Assembly (NCBI GenBank): GCA_001774395.1
Contig: MEZX01000002.1
Location: forward strand, 402,108 to 466,107
DNA length: 64,000 bases
Direction: 5' to 3'
Origin: Candidatus Berkelbacteria bacterium RIFCSPLOWO2_01_FULL_50_28
GTDB lineage: Bacteria; Patescibacteriota; UBA1384; 2-12-FULL-50-11
Part shown: piece after piece, positions 19,347-27,989 of the stretch
How the letters are laid out: every line of letters begins with the position of its first letter
Numbering within the stretch: position 1 is the stretch's first letter
Notes under the pieces: model-generated
The model's input: only the letters and a program-made list of their open reading frames with translations
What the model was told of the DNA's origin: nothing
Databases searched by the model: none
Made by a program: the position numbers and the translations under genes

Positions 19347-19511
19347 ATGGCAAAAAAATCAGCGCGCGAACAGATCAAAATGGAGTGCACAGTTTGTAAG
19401 ACTTGTAATTACCACTCCGAAAAGAACAAAACCAACACCACCACTCGGGTGGAATTGAAGAAGTTCTGCAAGCTCTGCAAAAAAGTTCAACCGCACAAAG
19501 AAGGAAAGTAA
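19347..19511 (+). CDS. rpmG: 50S ribosomal protein L33 (C4 zinc-binding type), 54 aa - not in the ORF track
   Basis: MAKKSAREQIKMECTVCKTCNYHSEKNKTNTTTRVELKKFCKLCKKVQPHKEGK matches the L33 pattern with two CxxC pairs. Lies directly after the tRNA array as in the canonical thrT-tyrU-...-rpmG neighbourhood. Confidence 0.75.
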   Translation: MAKKSAREQIKMECTVCKTCNYHSEKNKTNTTTRVELKKFCKLCKKVQPHKEGK

Positions 19512-19643
19512 TCATCGCTGAAATCCGGGCAAACCGCAGTAAGAGCCGGTAGTTTGCTTGTATAAAATATTTTTATCTCTATGTTGCTAGTATTAGCAAT
19601 CTTGCTACGTACATTGGCATATCAGCCAGTATAGGAGTTCATT

Positions 19644-21038
19644 TTGAGATTAAAAGCTACACTCGTTTCCATCTGTCCGACTGAGGCGGCTACGCAGGCC
19701 GGTAGGCCTTCGCTTACCCCCGAGCTATTGGCTGCCAGCGGTGCGCGATATTCCCGCAATAACGAAGGCTTGGATGCAATCTTGGCCAAAATCGACTGGA
19801 ACAATCTGGACAAATCCGTGGACGGCATCTTCAGGATGATCGACTACGGACATCAAAGCATTACCGATATGTCGCCAGTGGCGATATTCATCGACGGCGC
19901 GTCGCAATACCTTGTCTATCTGCTCTGGGCCATTTGCCAAGTAGTGGGAGGGCAGGAGTCATCGACTCGGTTTATCCTGATGAATCGAGAGGGTTTGATC
20001 GATCCGCAAACGCTGGGGATTCCCGAAGAGCTTCGTGCCGAATGGTCCGAATACAATGAGCGTGCCTTCAGTGCTTACCATCAAGCCTTGGCTTGTTGGG
20101 AGCACCGACTCGATGAAACCCCGCAGCTTGCTCGCATCCCAACGAGTTTGCTAGAGGCGACTGACGATAAATCGATCGCCGCCGTAGCTCGGATGAAGCG
20201 GAACTACGGTTTCGATCGATCGCGCTACTTCGTGCCGACCGGCATGGGAACCAACGTCATGATGATCATGCCGGCGCGTGAATGGGCTAAGCTCTGTCGG
20301 TATCTCCACTCACATATGCTCTCTGAAGCCCAGCAGCTCGGCGCAATGATCATGGAAGAGCTCAACCTCGTCATCCCGCGCTTGTTGAAACATGCCGTCT
20401 ACGATGACGAAACCGTGGATCAGATCTGGGACGAGTTTGATGAAGATCGGGAGAGTCTCGGTAATCCCAGTGATCTCCTGGAGGTCTACCCGACTCCTTA
20501 TCTCGATATCATGCCTGCTCGAGGTACGACCGAGGAAGATGTCGTCAAGGCGCTCAAACATCACAATAATCGCTACGGTCCATTTGGTCGAGCGATTAGG
20601 AGGATGTCAGTCAGATACGGTGTCGACGCCGTTACCCTTGGAGAAATCCGGGACTTCAACCGGCATCGGACGGGCGAGAAGTTCTGCCCACAGACACCTC
20701 TTGGATTCTATTGTGCTCTCGACCAGTGTCAAGACGACCCGGAGACTCTGAAGATCATCACCGAGCTTCATGAAGTCGGTGTTTCATCTACCAGACAGGC
20801 AGCCAAGCTGCTCAAGGCCGGTGACCCGACCTATGCGTACTGGCTGTTGCTTGGGACGCAGTTCCCTTTCGAACAAACGACCACCGGCAACAAAGCCATC
20901 TACACTTGGGAGCTACGGACCGGTCCGGGCGCGCACTATCGCTACGCCGACCACTTCCGTTGCATCCTCGAACTCTGGTATCAGCAATATCCTCAAACAA
21001 GAGGGCTGATCAAGGAGGGCTTGGCCGAGCCGGAATAA
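19644..21038 (+). CDS. thyX: flavin-dependent thymidylate synthase ThyX-like protein, long tandem-domain form
   Basis: Repeat 1 (AASGARYSRNNEG...IDYGHQSITDMSPVAIFIDGASQYLVYLLWA...ESSTRF) looks ThyX-like but lacks RHR. Repeat 2 carries RHRTGEKF (RHR-x7-S-type motif). TTG start with AGGAG SD 6 nt upstream. Confidence 0.5.
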   Translation: MRLKATLVSICPTEAATQAGRPSLTPELLAASGARYSRNNEGLDAILAKIDWNNLDKSVDGIFRMIDYGHQSITDMSPVAIFIDGASQYLVYLLWAICQVVGGQESSTRFILMNREGLIDPQTLGIPEELRAEWSEYNERAFSAYHQALACWEHRLDETPQLARIPTSLLEATDDKSIAAVARMKRNYGFDRSRYFVPTGMGTNVMMIMPAREWAKLCRYLHSHMLSEAQQLGAMIMEELNLVIPRLLKHAVYDDETVDQIWDEFDEDRESLGNPSDLLEVYPTPYLDIMPARGTTEEDVVKALKHHNNRYGPFGRAIRRMSVRYGVDAVTLGEIRDFNRHRTGEKFCPQTPLGFYCALDQCQDDPETLKIITELHEVGVSSTRQAAKLLKAGDPTYAYWLLLGTQFPFEQTTTGNKAIYTWELRTGPGAHYRYADHFRCILELWYQQYPQTRGLIKEGLAEPE

Positions 21039-21189
21039 GCCACGGCAACTATCGCACCCTTCGTGTCTCCGGACGCGAAGGGTGAATTTAATTAAAAAGC
21101 CCTTCGCAGGACAGGGGCGGTGATTAACCGCAGAAACAGCGCTCAACTTCTTATGGGGCATTTCGTTCCTATTTGCAAGACCAAGTTGA

Positions 21190-21750
21190 ATGACCTACAT
21201 TTGGAGGATGTTTCGTCTCGTCGCCGTTGTTGGTTTAACAGGTTCCGGTAAGTCAGAAGTAGTTAGTGAATTTGAAGGGGCTGGTTTCGCTAAGATTTAT
21301 TTTGGTAGCCTAACTCTGGAGAAACTCAACGAAGAAAAGCTTGAAGTAAACGAAGCTAACGAGCGAATGATGCGCGAAAAATTGCGCGCCGAGCACGGCA
21401 TGAGCGCCTATGCAAAATTGAATATTCCCAAAATCGAGGTCGAAATATCAAAAGGTGATGTGGTTATTGACGGCTTATACTCCTGGGAAGAATACACAGC
21501 TCTGAAAGAAAAGTTTCCTACGATGGAAGTTGTGGCCGTTTACTCTCCACCAGTTCTGCGCTACGAAAGACTTGCCAGCCGTCCCGTTCGTCCGCTCACC
21601 AATGCGGAAGCCCAAAGTCGTGACTCTGCCGAAATCGAAAATCTTCACAAAGCCGGGCCGATCGCGATGGCCGACTACACGATTAGTAACACCAGTACTG
21701 TTGTGGAGTTGAAAAATGCAGTACAACAGATTTTGAATGGCAACAACTAA
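21190..21750 (+). CDS. P-loop nucleotide kinase (dephospho-CoA kinase / dNMP kinase-like)
   Basis: VAVVGLTGSGKSEVVSEFEGAGFAKIY is a CoaE-like Walker A. Small size; context between ThyX and dCMP deaminase. Confidence 0.5.
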   Translation: MTYIWRMFRLVAVVGLTGSGKSEVVSEFEGAGFAKIYFGSLTLEKLNEEKLEVNEANERMMREKLRAEHGMSAYAKLNIPKIEVEISKGDVVIDGLYSWEEYTALKEKFPTMEVVAVYSPPVLRYERLASRPVRPLTNAEAQSRDSAEIENLHKAGPIAMADYTISNTSTVVELKNAVQQILNGNN

Positions 21751-22186
21751 AGACAAAAATAAAAGGGCGAGTTGGGACGAGTATTTCATGGCAATTGCCC
21801 GAGAGGTGGCTACTAGATCAACATGCGATCGTAAAAATGTTGGAGCGGTGCTGGTGCGCGACAAAATGATTCTTACCACCGGGTATAACGGTTCAATTCG
21901 TGGCTTGGCGCACTGCGACGAAGTTGGGCACGAGATCGTTAACGATCACTGCATCCGCACTGTGCACGCTGAAACAAATGCGATCGTTCAGGCCGCCCGC
22001 AACGGAGTTTCAATCGAAGGAGCTACACTCTACATTAACGCCAGCCCGTGCTGGGACTGCTTTAAACTACTGGCCAACGCCGGCATCAAAAAAATTGTCT
22101 TTGGCGAATTTTACCGCGAACAAAGAATTCACGATGTTTCGCTCGAGCTCGGCATCGCCCTGATCGACTTCTCGAAGAAGGTTTAG
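21737..22186 (+). CDS. deoxycytidylate (dCMP) deaminase
   Basis: Cytidine/deoxycytidylate deaminase zinc motifs HAETNAI and PCWDCFK. 149 aa. Confidence 0.8.
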   Translation: MATTKDKNKRASWDEYFMAIAREVATRSTCDRKNVGAVLVRDKMILTTGYNGSIRGLAHCDEVGHEIVNDHCIRTVHAETNAIVQAARNGVSIEGATLYINASPCWDCFKLLANAGIKKIVFGEFYREQRIHDVSLELGIALIDFSKKV

Positions 22187-22201
22187 TAAACTTGACCATA
22201 T

Positions 22202-22274
22202 AGGGGTGTAGCTCAGTTGGTAGAGCGCTTGTCTCCAAAACAAGAGGCCGCAGGTTCAATCCCTGTCACCCCTG
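22202..22274 (+). tRNA. tRNA-Trp (anticodon CCA)
   Basis: Acceptor AGGGGTG/CACCCCT, D-arm GCTCAGTTGGTAGAGC, anticodon loop CTCCAAA, T-arm GCAGG-TTCAATC-CCTGT. Confidence 0.8.
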
Positions 22275-22278
22275 CAAA

Positions 22279-22737
22279 ATGTTTCAAGACGAGCCTTTTC
22301 TTGCTTACGCAAATAATTCTTACGGCTTTTGGAACGCGTCTCAGCAATTAGACGAGAACCGTCACGCGTATGGTCATATAGTTAGTTTCTGGAACTTGCT
22401 TTTCAGTCTAGAGTTGAGCCTAAAGGGTCTGATAATGAAAAACACTAAATCATTATTGATTGGGCACGAACTTAAGAACCTCAGGGTAAAGTGTGCAAAT
22501 TACTTCAATTTTACTGAGCGTGAAAAAAAGGCCATCGACTTTTGGGATCCTTATTACTCTGGGTCGGGTGGATTCAAGTATCCTAACCCTAACTATGAGG
22601 CAAACTACTTTCCTCACGATTTTTCTATACTAAGTCGGCTAGTGCAGAGAATATTAGAGGAAGTCTATGGGGATAATGGACATTGGGAGTTTAAACTATC
22701 TAAAGAACTTGTTGGGTTAGAGCACATACCAGAATGA
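22279..22737 (+). CDS. hypothetical protein, possible HEPN-like helical domain
   Basis: SLELSLKGLIMKNTKSLLIGHELKNL resembles the HEPN helix-2/3 region, and an upstream RHAYGH fits Rx4H. Weak call. Confidence 0.25.
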   Translation: MFQDEPFLAYANNSYGFWNASQQLDENRHAYGHIVSFWNLLFSLELSLKGLIMKNTKSLLIGHELKNLRVKCANYFNFTEREKKAIDFWDPYYSGSGGFKYPNPNYEANYFPHDFSILSRLVQRILEEVYGDNGHWEFKLSKELVGLEHIPE

Positions 22738-23315
22738 AGATTTATCTTATACGTCACGGAGAAACTACTGGAGATCTAGAGAACCGTTACGGCGGCGATT
22801 ACGACGATTCACTAACTGAAGAAGGCTTAAAGCAGGCGGAACAACTCGCAGAAGAACTTAAGGACCTAGGTATCGAGGTAATCTACTCGAGTCCATTAAC
22901 GCGAGCTCGACTTACTACAAGCAAACTATGCGACAAACATCGCTGTAAAGTAGTCACGCTTCCTGGGGTGAAGGAACGTAACTTTTACGGCATTCTGACC
23001 GGAATGACGAAGGAAGAAGCGTTTCAAAAACACGCTGATATAGTTCATTTGCTCGAAGACCGGAACAATACATTGCCGGGTGGCGATTCCTACGGGGATT
23101 TTAGCAGCCGAGTCGAAGAGGCCTGGGATCAAATTACAGACCCTACTTACGAAACAGCGGCTGTTGTGACACACGCTGGTCCCATTCGGTGTATTTTCCG
23201 TGACATACTAGGTAAGGGTGAATTAGGAAAAATTGGTGACTGTTCTTATGTTTATCTTTCCGACGAGTCAGGCGACTGGGAGATTATGAGTGCTAAAGGC
23301 GTTCAGCTTCAGTAA
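22734..23315 (+). CDS. histidine phosphatase superfamily protein (phosphoglycerate mutase family)
   Basis: IYLIRHGETTGD catalytic RHG motif. Overlaps the upstream ORF by 4 nt. Confidence 0.7.
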   Translation: MKIYLIRHGETTGDLENRYGGDYDDSLTEEGLKQAEQLAEELKDLGIEVIYSSPLTRARLTTSKLCDKHRCKVVTLPGVKERNFYGILTGMTKEEAFQKHADIVHLLEDRNNTLPGGDSYGDFSSRVEEAWDQITDPTYETAAVVTHAGPIRCIFRDILGKGELGKIGDCSYVYLSDESGDWEIMSAKGVQLQ

Positions 23316-23380
23316 TTCAATGAACGAAGTGAATGAACCCGGGTATAATCAGTACGCAGTGAACACCTAATGGAGTACAA

Positions 23381-24031
23381 ATGAAACTTTTTCTCTCTTC
23401 TCTGGCTGTTCCTAAGTCCCAAACCGTTGAGTTCCTAAGCTTGGTTGGTAAGCCCGCAAGTGAAATACGGCTGGCACTAATTGAAAACGCTGCGGACGTC
23501 TACCCCGAAGAGCGGAAGAGTTTTATAGAGCGAGACCGCTCGATGCTAAAAGAAACCGGCGTACAAATTACCCGGGTCGACTTAAACAAGTTTAACGGCC
23601 CAGAGGAAGTAAGACAGGCGTTACAAGGATTCGATGTAATCTGGCTAGGCGGCGGCAATGCTTATTATCTTCGTTGGGTTTTGAAGAAATCCGGATTCGA
23701 CCAAGTTATTAGGTCGCTACTCGAAAGTGGAACCGTTTACGGCGGGGGCAGTGCGGGGGCAATTGTAGCTGGACCAACTTTGAAGCATTTTGATCTTGCT
23801 GACGAACCAGAGAAAGCGCCGGAACTTATTGAAGGTGGCTTAAGTCTCACGGACAAGGTAATCATCCCTCATTGGGGCCATTCTAGATTTGGCGAACCTA
23901 CCAGGCAAATTAAAGAACTCTTTTCGGACGGTGAATTTCAAACTATTGAGATAACAGACGAGCAGGCTGTGGTTATTAACGCTGACGAAGTCAAAATAAT
24001 CCCAACCAATAATGGAAAGCCTGCGAAATGA
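23381..24031 (+). CDS. peptidase S51 family protein (dipeptidase E-like)
   Basis: VIWLGGGNAYYL and GGGSAGAIVAG (Ser nucleophile in GxSAG). Confidence 0.6.
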   Translation: MKLFLSSLAVPKSQTVEFLSLVGKPASEIRLALIENAADVYPEERKSFIERDRSMLKETGVQITRVDLNKFNGPEEVRQALQGFDVIWLGGGNAYYLRWVLKKSGFDQVIRSLLESGTVYGGGSAGAIVAGPTLKHFDLADEPEKAPELIEGGLSLTDKVIIPHWGHSRFGEPTRQIKELFSDGEFQTIEITDEQAVVINADEVKIIPTNNGKPAK

Positions 24032-24519
24032 ACGAATCTGCGAAGAATTCTTTTCAGACTAGAAAAGCAAAGCCAAGTGATTTAGCTGCCATTAAATCTG
24101 GCCTAATCGATTCTTGGACAGAACATGCCAGACGCGAGCCCACGCTTCTGGACGAAGAACAGATGCGGAACGTTGGTGTCGAGTCATATTATAAAGACGC
24201 CTTCGAAAGCGATAAGACGTTCGTTTTTGTGGCAGAAGTTGACGGGAAATTCGCTGGCGTGCAAAGAGCTGACATTCAAGAAATCCCTCATTTCTATAAA
24301 GACAACAAGATTCTTTACCTAGATGATGCGTACGTCTCACCTGAATTTCGGGGCCAGGGAATTATTGGGGCTCTGATTAAGGAAGTCGAGAAAGTGGCTA
24401 AAGAGCGAGGAATAAAAAGAATTCAAACCCGGGTTTACACTTACAATAAGCCGATGCAGCGAGCCCTCGAAAAGCTGGGCTATCATATGCCGCACTCAAG
24501 TTGGGACAAGCTAGTTTAG
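24028..24519 (+). CDS. GNAT family N-acetyltransferase
   Basis: Acetyl-CoA binding-like VSPEFRGQGIIGALIKEVEKVAKERG. Confidence 0.65.
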   Translation: MNESAKNSFQTRKAKPSDLAAIKSGLIDSWTEHARREPTLLDEEQMRNVGVESYYKDAFESDKTFVFVAEVDGKFAGVQRADIQEIPHFYKDNKILYLDDAYVSPEFRGQGIIGALIKEVEKVAKERGIKRIQTRVYTYNKPMQRALEKLGYHMPHSSWDKLV

Positions 24520-24525
24520 CCACTC

Positions 24526-24954
24526 ATGAAGATCTCCATCGTTCGAAGAAAAACAATAGCTATCGAGGAATTCGAAGGAACTGAATGGCCGATTGCCGAT
24601 GTTGAGCACTACGGTAGGGATGATGTTGAGTTTAAGGCTAAACATTACTTCTTAAAGGCCGAACAAGACGGCACGATCTGGGGGATTTTGCAGATGAAAA
24701 TCCGAGCCGGAGTTTGTACCGTCAGCGATGTTTTGGTCTCGCACGAAAAGCGCGGGCAGGGGATCGGCAAAAAGCTGATGCATGAAGCGGAAAAAATTGC
24801 CACGAAGCAAGGTGCCCACAAAATTTTCCTCATCACCGGCAGAGACTGGAAAGCGGCCGATTTTTACAAATCCCTTGGCTATAAAGTTACCGGCGAAAGG
24901 CAAAACGACCTAGCCCACGCTGACTTTATTGAATTCGCGAAGTTTCTCGGTTAG
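24526..24954 (+). CDS. GNAT family N-acetyltransferase
   Basis: VSHEKRGQGIGKKLMHEAEKIA (Q/RxxGxG/A motif). Confidence 0.7.
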   Translation: MKISIVRRKTIAIEEFEGTEWPIADVEHYGRDDVEFKAKHYFLKAEQDGTIWGILQMKIRAGVCTVSDVLVSHEKRGQGIGKKLMHEAEKIATKQGAHKIFLITGRDWKAADFYKSLGYKVTGERQNDLAHADFIEFAKFLG

Positions 24955-25023
24955 CTACTTTGAGTGATTGGTCCGTATCCCCCTTGAGCTCGGGGGCGAA
25001 TATTTTCGTACGATGCCTGCCAA

Positions 25024-25890
25024 TTATGTCTGAACGAATGTTGGGTTAGATTTCCGGCTTAAAAGCGGGTAGTAGATCTGGTTCAGGAAAATTCCAACAT
25101 AGACGAGATTAATGATTACCAAATCTTGGCCGGTAAAGACAAAAATCAAGTTTACGGCGAAAGCTGAAGTCGTTAGAACTGACAATTGATGCAAGACATA
25201 GCCGTTACGATAGAGAATAACTGCCAGAGCAAAAAGCCAGAGCGGCAAAGTTACCGCCCAAGTGACGTTAAGGACTAAAGTTGTAACCAGAATCGTTACA
25301 AGAATCGCCACCGTGCTGAGAGTTTTTGCGATCGGTATTCCTAACACAACTGGCAAGGTCTGTTTGTTGATTTTGGCGTCATGTTTGACGTCACGGATAT
25401 CACCGACCAAGCTGCGGGCAAAAATTAATGACACAATTGCCCCAGCCAGCCACCAAATCTCGCCCGTTAGCGGGGCGTTATAAAACGCAATTGCAAAGAG
25501 TAGGTAAGAGGCCTGAATCAAGCCGCGAACAAGGTTATTTATCTGCCCAAAGAATCGAACCCGTTCTTTCAATAGATAAGCGACGACGAAAACCGTTGAG
25601 ATCACAACCCAAACTAAAGTGGTGTTGTTTCCTACGTAGCCAAGTACTACGGCGGTCAGTAAAGCGATTATAGCTGGAAAGACCGACATCGTTCCTCGTT
25701 CTTGATAGCCTTTCACGAGCTCCAGGAGGATATTATAGAAAGCCCAGAGTAGCAGGATAGCGGCGGCCAGATAGAAATCTTTTGTCTCGAAACCGAGCTG
25801 GTTGTTCACCCAGAACTTAGCTAGCCAACCCAGTAGAATAAAATCTACCCAAGAGTACGGTCGCAGGTTAAGTAGATAGTGTTTAAACAT
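25024..25890 (-). CDS. UbiA-family prenyltransferase-like polytopic membrane protein
   Basis: 8-9 TM helices; Asp-rich GDIRDVKHDAKINKQTLPV (DxxDxxxD) motif. Confidence 0.55.
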   Translation of the reverse strand: MFKHYLLNLRPYSWVDFILLGWLAKFWVNNQLGFETKDFYLAAAILLLWAFYNILLELVKGYQERGTMSVFPAIIALLTAVVLGYVGNNTTLVWVVISTVFVVAYLLKERVRFFGQINNLVRGLIQASYLLFAIAFYNAPLTGEIWWLAGAIVSLIFARSLVGDIRDVKHDAKINKQTLPVVLGIPIAKTLSTVAILVTILVTTLVLNVTWAVTLPLWLFALAVILYRNGYVLHQLSVLTTSAFAVNLIFVFTGQDLVIINLVYVGIFLNQIYYPLLSRKSNPTFVQT

Positions 25891-26383
25891 AGTGTTCTCG
25901 GTAAACTTCGTGGATCTGTTGATTTATCTCATCTAGATTATTAATAAAAACAACTTTCTTATCACGAAGAATCTCGTCGCTCTTGAGGGTCTTATAGCTT
26001 TGCGAATTGTTGGTGACAATGCGGGTCAGATTGCTCTTAATCATCCAGTCTCTCAACCAGTGGAGTTGGTCGTTCACAAAATAGACAAGTGGCTTGTTTT
26101 TGCCAGCGAACCAGCCGGTTTCAAATGAGCAGTCATTACCAAATTCCGGCAGAGCAAAACCGATATGAGCTTCTTGCATCGCATTTATATCAGTATTAAC
26201 CACGGGCTGAGGAATTTTCGGGTGCTCGAGATTATAGGGATTATGGTGATGAGGAATAAATATCTCAATAGGAGCTTTAAAGTGTGAGCACACTTCTTCA
26301 TTCCAGTCGTGCGCATCCTTGGAGATTCGAGCAATCAGGTAGAGTTTTGCTGTCTTTGGTTTCTTGGTGCCGAATAAACCCAT
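25883..26383 (-). CDS. nucleoside 2-deoxyribosyltransferase-like protein
   Basis: KLYLIARISKD...FIPHHHNPY...ALPEFGNDCSFETGWFAGKNKPLVYFVND pattern. Overlaps the UbiA-like gene by 8 nt (operon). Confidence 0.4.
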   Translation of the reverse strand: MGLFGTKKPKTAKLYLIARISKDAHDWNEEVCSHFKAPIEIFIPHHHNPYNLEHPKIPQPVVNTDINAMQEAHIGFALPEFGNDCSFETGWFAGKNKPLVYFVNDQLHWLRDWMIKSNLTRIVTNNSQSYKTLKSDEILRDKKVVFINNLDEINQQIHEVYREHYV

Positions 26384-26636
26384 ATGGCAACTATAGTGTT
26401 TTTTGGAGTTATTGTTAAGGTACGAGCCATCTTAAATAGTTGAGCCCCAGTAACTTGGTAATTGCTTCAAAATGGTTCGGATCTACCCCGTATTCTAGTG
26501 AGAGGCTGTGGATTGTGTCGTGCAAGGGATACAACGTAAGAAACGGCTCGCCCGCATGAATTTCACCCGTTTTAGGGCTGTTGACGTCTGCATAATTGCC
26601 ACGTATTGTAGATATAACAGAGTAAAAGGAGGGGAT

Positions 26637-27209
26637 TTGGAAACTCAAGCGCGCCCCGAGGCGCCAAGACAAACAGGAGAGATCGCTTCGCTTGCCGCTG
26701 GTAAGCGGGTGATTGATACGTTCGGCAGTATCATCTTTTTTGTTGTGGTTATCGAGATTATCGTCTTGATCGGGCTCAATGCCTTCCAGCGTTCGCAAAT
26801 TAGTGCGACTACAGAGAAACTCAACGGTAAGAAGGGCGAATTGGCTCAAGTTGCCAACCAAAAAATTAACACCCAAATCGAAGACGTTCTTAACGGCTAC
26901 GAAGCCCTGGACAGCGCCTTAAGTAGCAAAGTTAAATGGAGTAATTTTTACGACAAGCTCGGCGCGGTAACCCCACGCAACATTTGGTTCTCCACGATAT
27001 CTGTTAGCGAGGGTGGCACTTTTCGAGCCGATGGCTTTGCGCCGTCGCTCTCTGGGCTAGCCCGCGGTCTAGTGGCCTGGCAGAGCGGCAAAAATACACC
27101 GCTAAGTGACGTGGCTCTGGTAAGCAACGGTTTTGTGACCCAAGGAAGTTCAAGGTTGGTTGGTTTTTCCATTGCTGGCACGATTTCAACGGGGAGTCTA
27201 AATGAATAA
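26637..27209 (+). CDS. PilN-like type IV pilus assembly protein (TM + coiled coil + periplasmic domain)
   Basis: Single TM IIFFVVVIEIIVLIGL followed by a coiled-coil. Sits upstream of the PilO-like gene and pilB. TTG start chosen after the AAAGGAGGGG SD; the ORF track gives 26508. Confidence 0.45.
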   Translation: METQARPEAPRQTGEIASLAAGKRVIDTFGSIIFFVVVIEIIVLIGLNAFQRSQISATTEKLNGKKGELAQVANQKINTQIEDVLNGYEALDSALSSKVKWSNFYDKLGAVTPRNIWFSTISVSEGGTFRADGFAPSLSGLARGLVAWQSGKNTPLSDVALVSNGFVTQGSSRLVGFSIAGTISTGSLNE

Positions 27210-27711
27210 TAAACGTCGGTACGGTATTTTTCTGTTGCTCTTGGCTGTTGCCGGGTGGTTTATCGGCGTCCGACCGCAGATGGATCAGTTCAAGGAGCGA
27301 TCGCTTAGTTACAAAGTTGTTCGGGAAGAGCATCAGTCTTACGTTCAACGTCTGAGTGATATCGAGAAAATCAAATCCAGCGGTGCCGCCATGGAAAAAA
27401 GTCTGGAAGCGTTCTACCTGGCCTTCCCGAGCTCGAGCCAAATTCCGGAAGTGTTGGTCATGATCGAATCACTGGCGGCGCGAAGCGGTATTGTACTTAA
27501 TAGTTCGGTTATCGGTTCGGCCGATGGCAACCAAGTGCCGGTTTCGCTGGCTTTTAGCGGTAATCTTAAAACGATGAAGAAGTTTTTGACGGCAATTTAT
27601 AATAATGTTCGAACGGCTTCTGTAAAATCCCAGACCGTTACTAGCGATGCCAGCGGTAACCTGAATGTGTCTCTACAATTGGGGCTGCTTTATTACGGAG
27701 GAGGCAAATAA
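27202..27711 (+). CDS. PilO-like type IV pilus assembly protein
   Basis: N-terminal TM YGIFLLLLAVAGWFIGV followed by a coiled-coil (QMDQFKERSLSYKVVREEHQSYVQRLSDIEKIK). Confidence 0.45.
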   Translation: MNNKRRYGIFLLLLAVAGWFIGVRPQMDQFKERSLSYKVVREEHQSYVQRLSDIEKIKSSGAAMEKSLEAFYLAFPSSSQIPEVLVMIESLAARSGIVLNSSVIGSADGNQVPVSLAFSGNLKTMKKFLTAIYNNVRTASVKSQTVTSDASGNLNVSLQLGLLYYGGGK

Positions 27712-27986
27712 TGGGTAACCGATTTATGGATAGGGTAGAAACTTTTGTTGGAATCGGCCTGTTACTTTTAGTAATCCTAGGATTCATCCTGCTACTAGTG
27801 ACCAACCTGCCAACTTCTTCCGACGTTGAAGCGAGAGCCAAATTGTTGAAACCTGTTCCGAGCGAAATCTTTGACGGCAGCAGCGAGATCAACCAGAAAA
27901 TTCGCCGTCTGACGGTACCAAGCGGAGTGCCAGTTGAAGTTAGCGGTGGGTCACTCGGCAAAACCGATGTTTTCAAGGGCCGTTAA
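27711..27986 (+). CDS. small membrane protein in the pilus locus (PilP-like?)
   Basis: TM VGIGLLLLVILGFILLLV. Translationally coupled to its neighbours. Confidence 0.3.
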   Translation: MGNRFMDRVETFVGIGLLLLVILGFILLLVTNLPTSSDVEARAKLLKPVPSEIFDGSSEINQKIRRLTVPSGVPVEVSGGSLGKTDVFKGR

Positions 27987-27989
27987 TGC

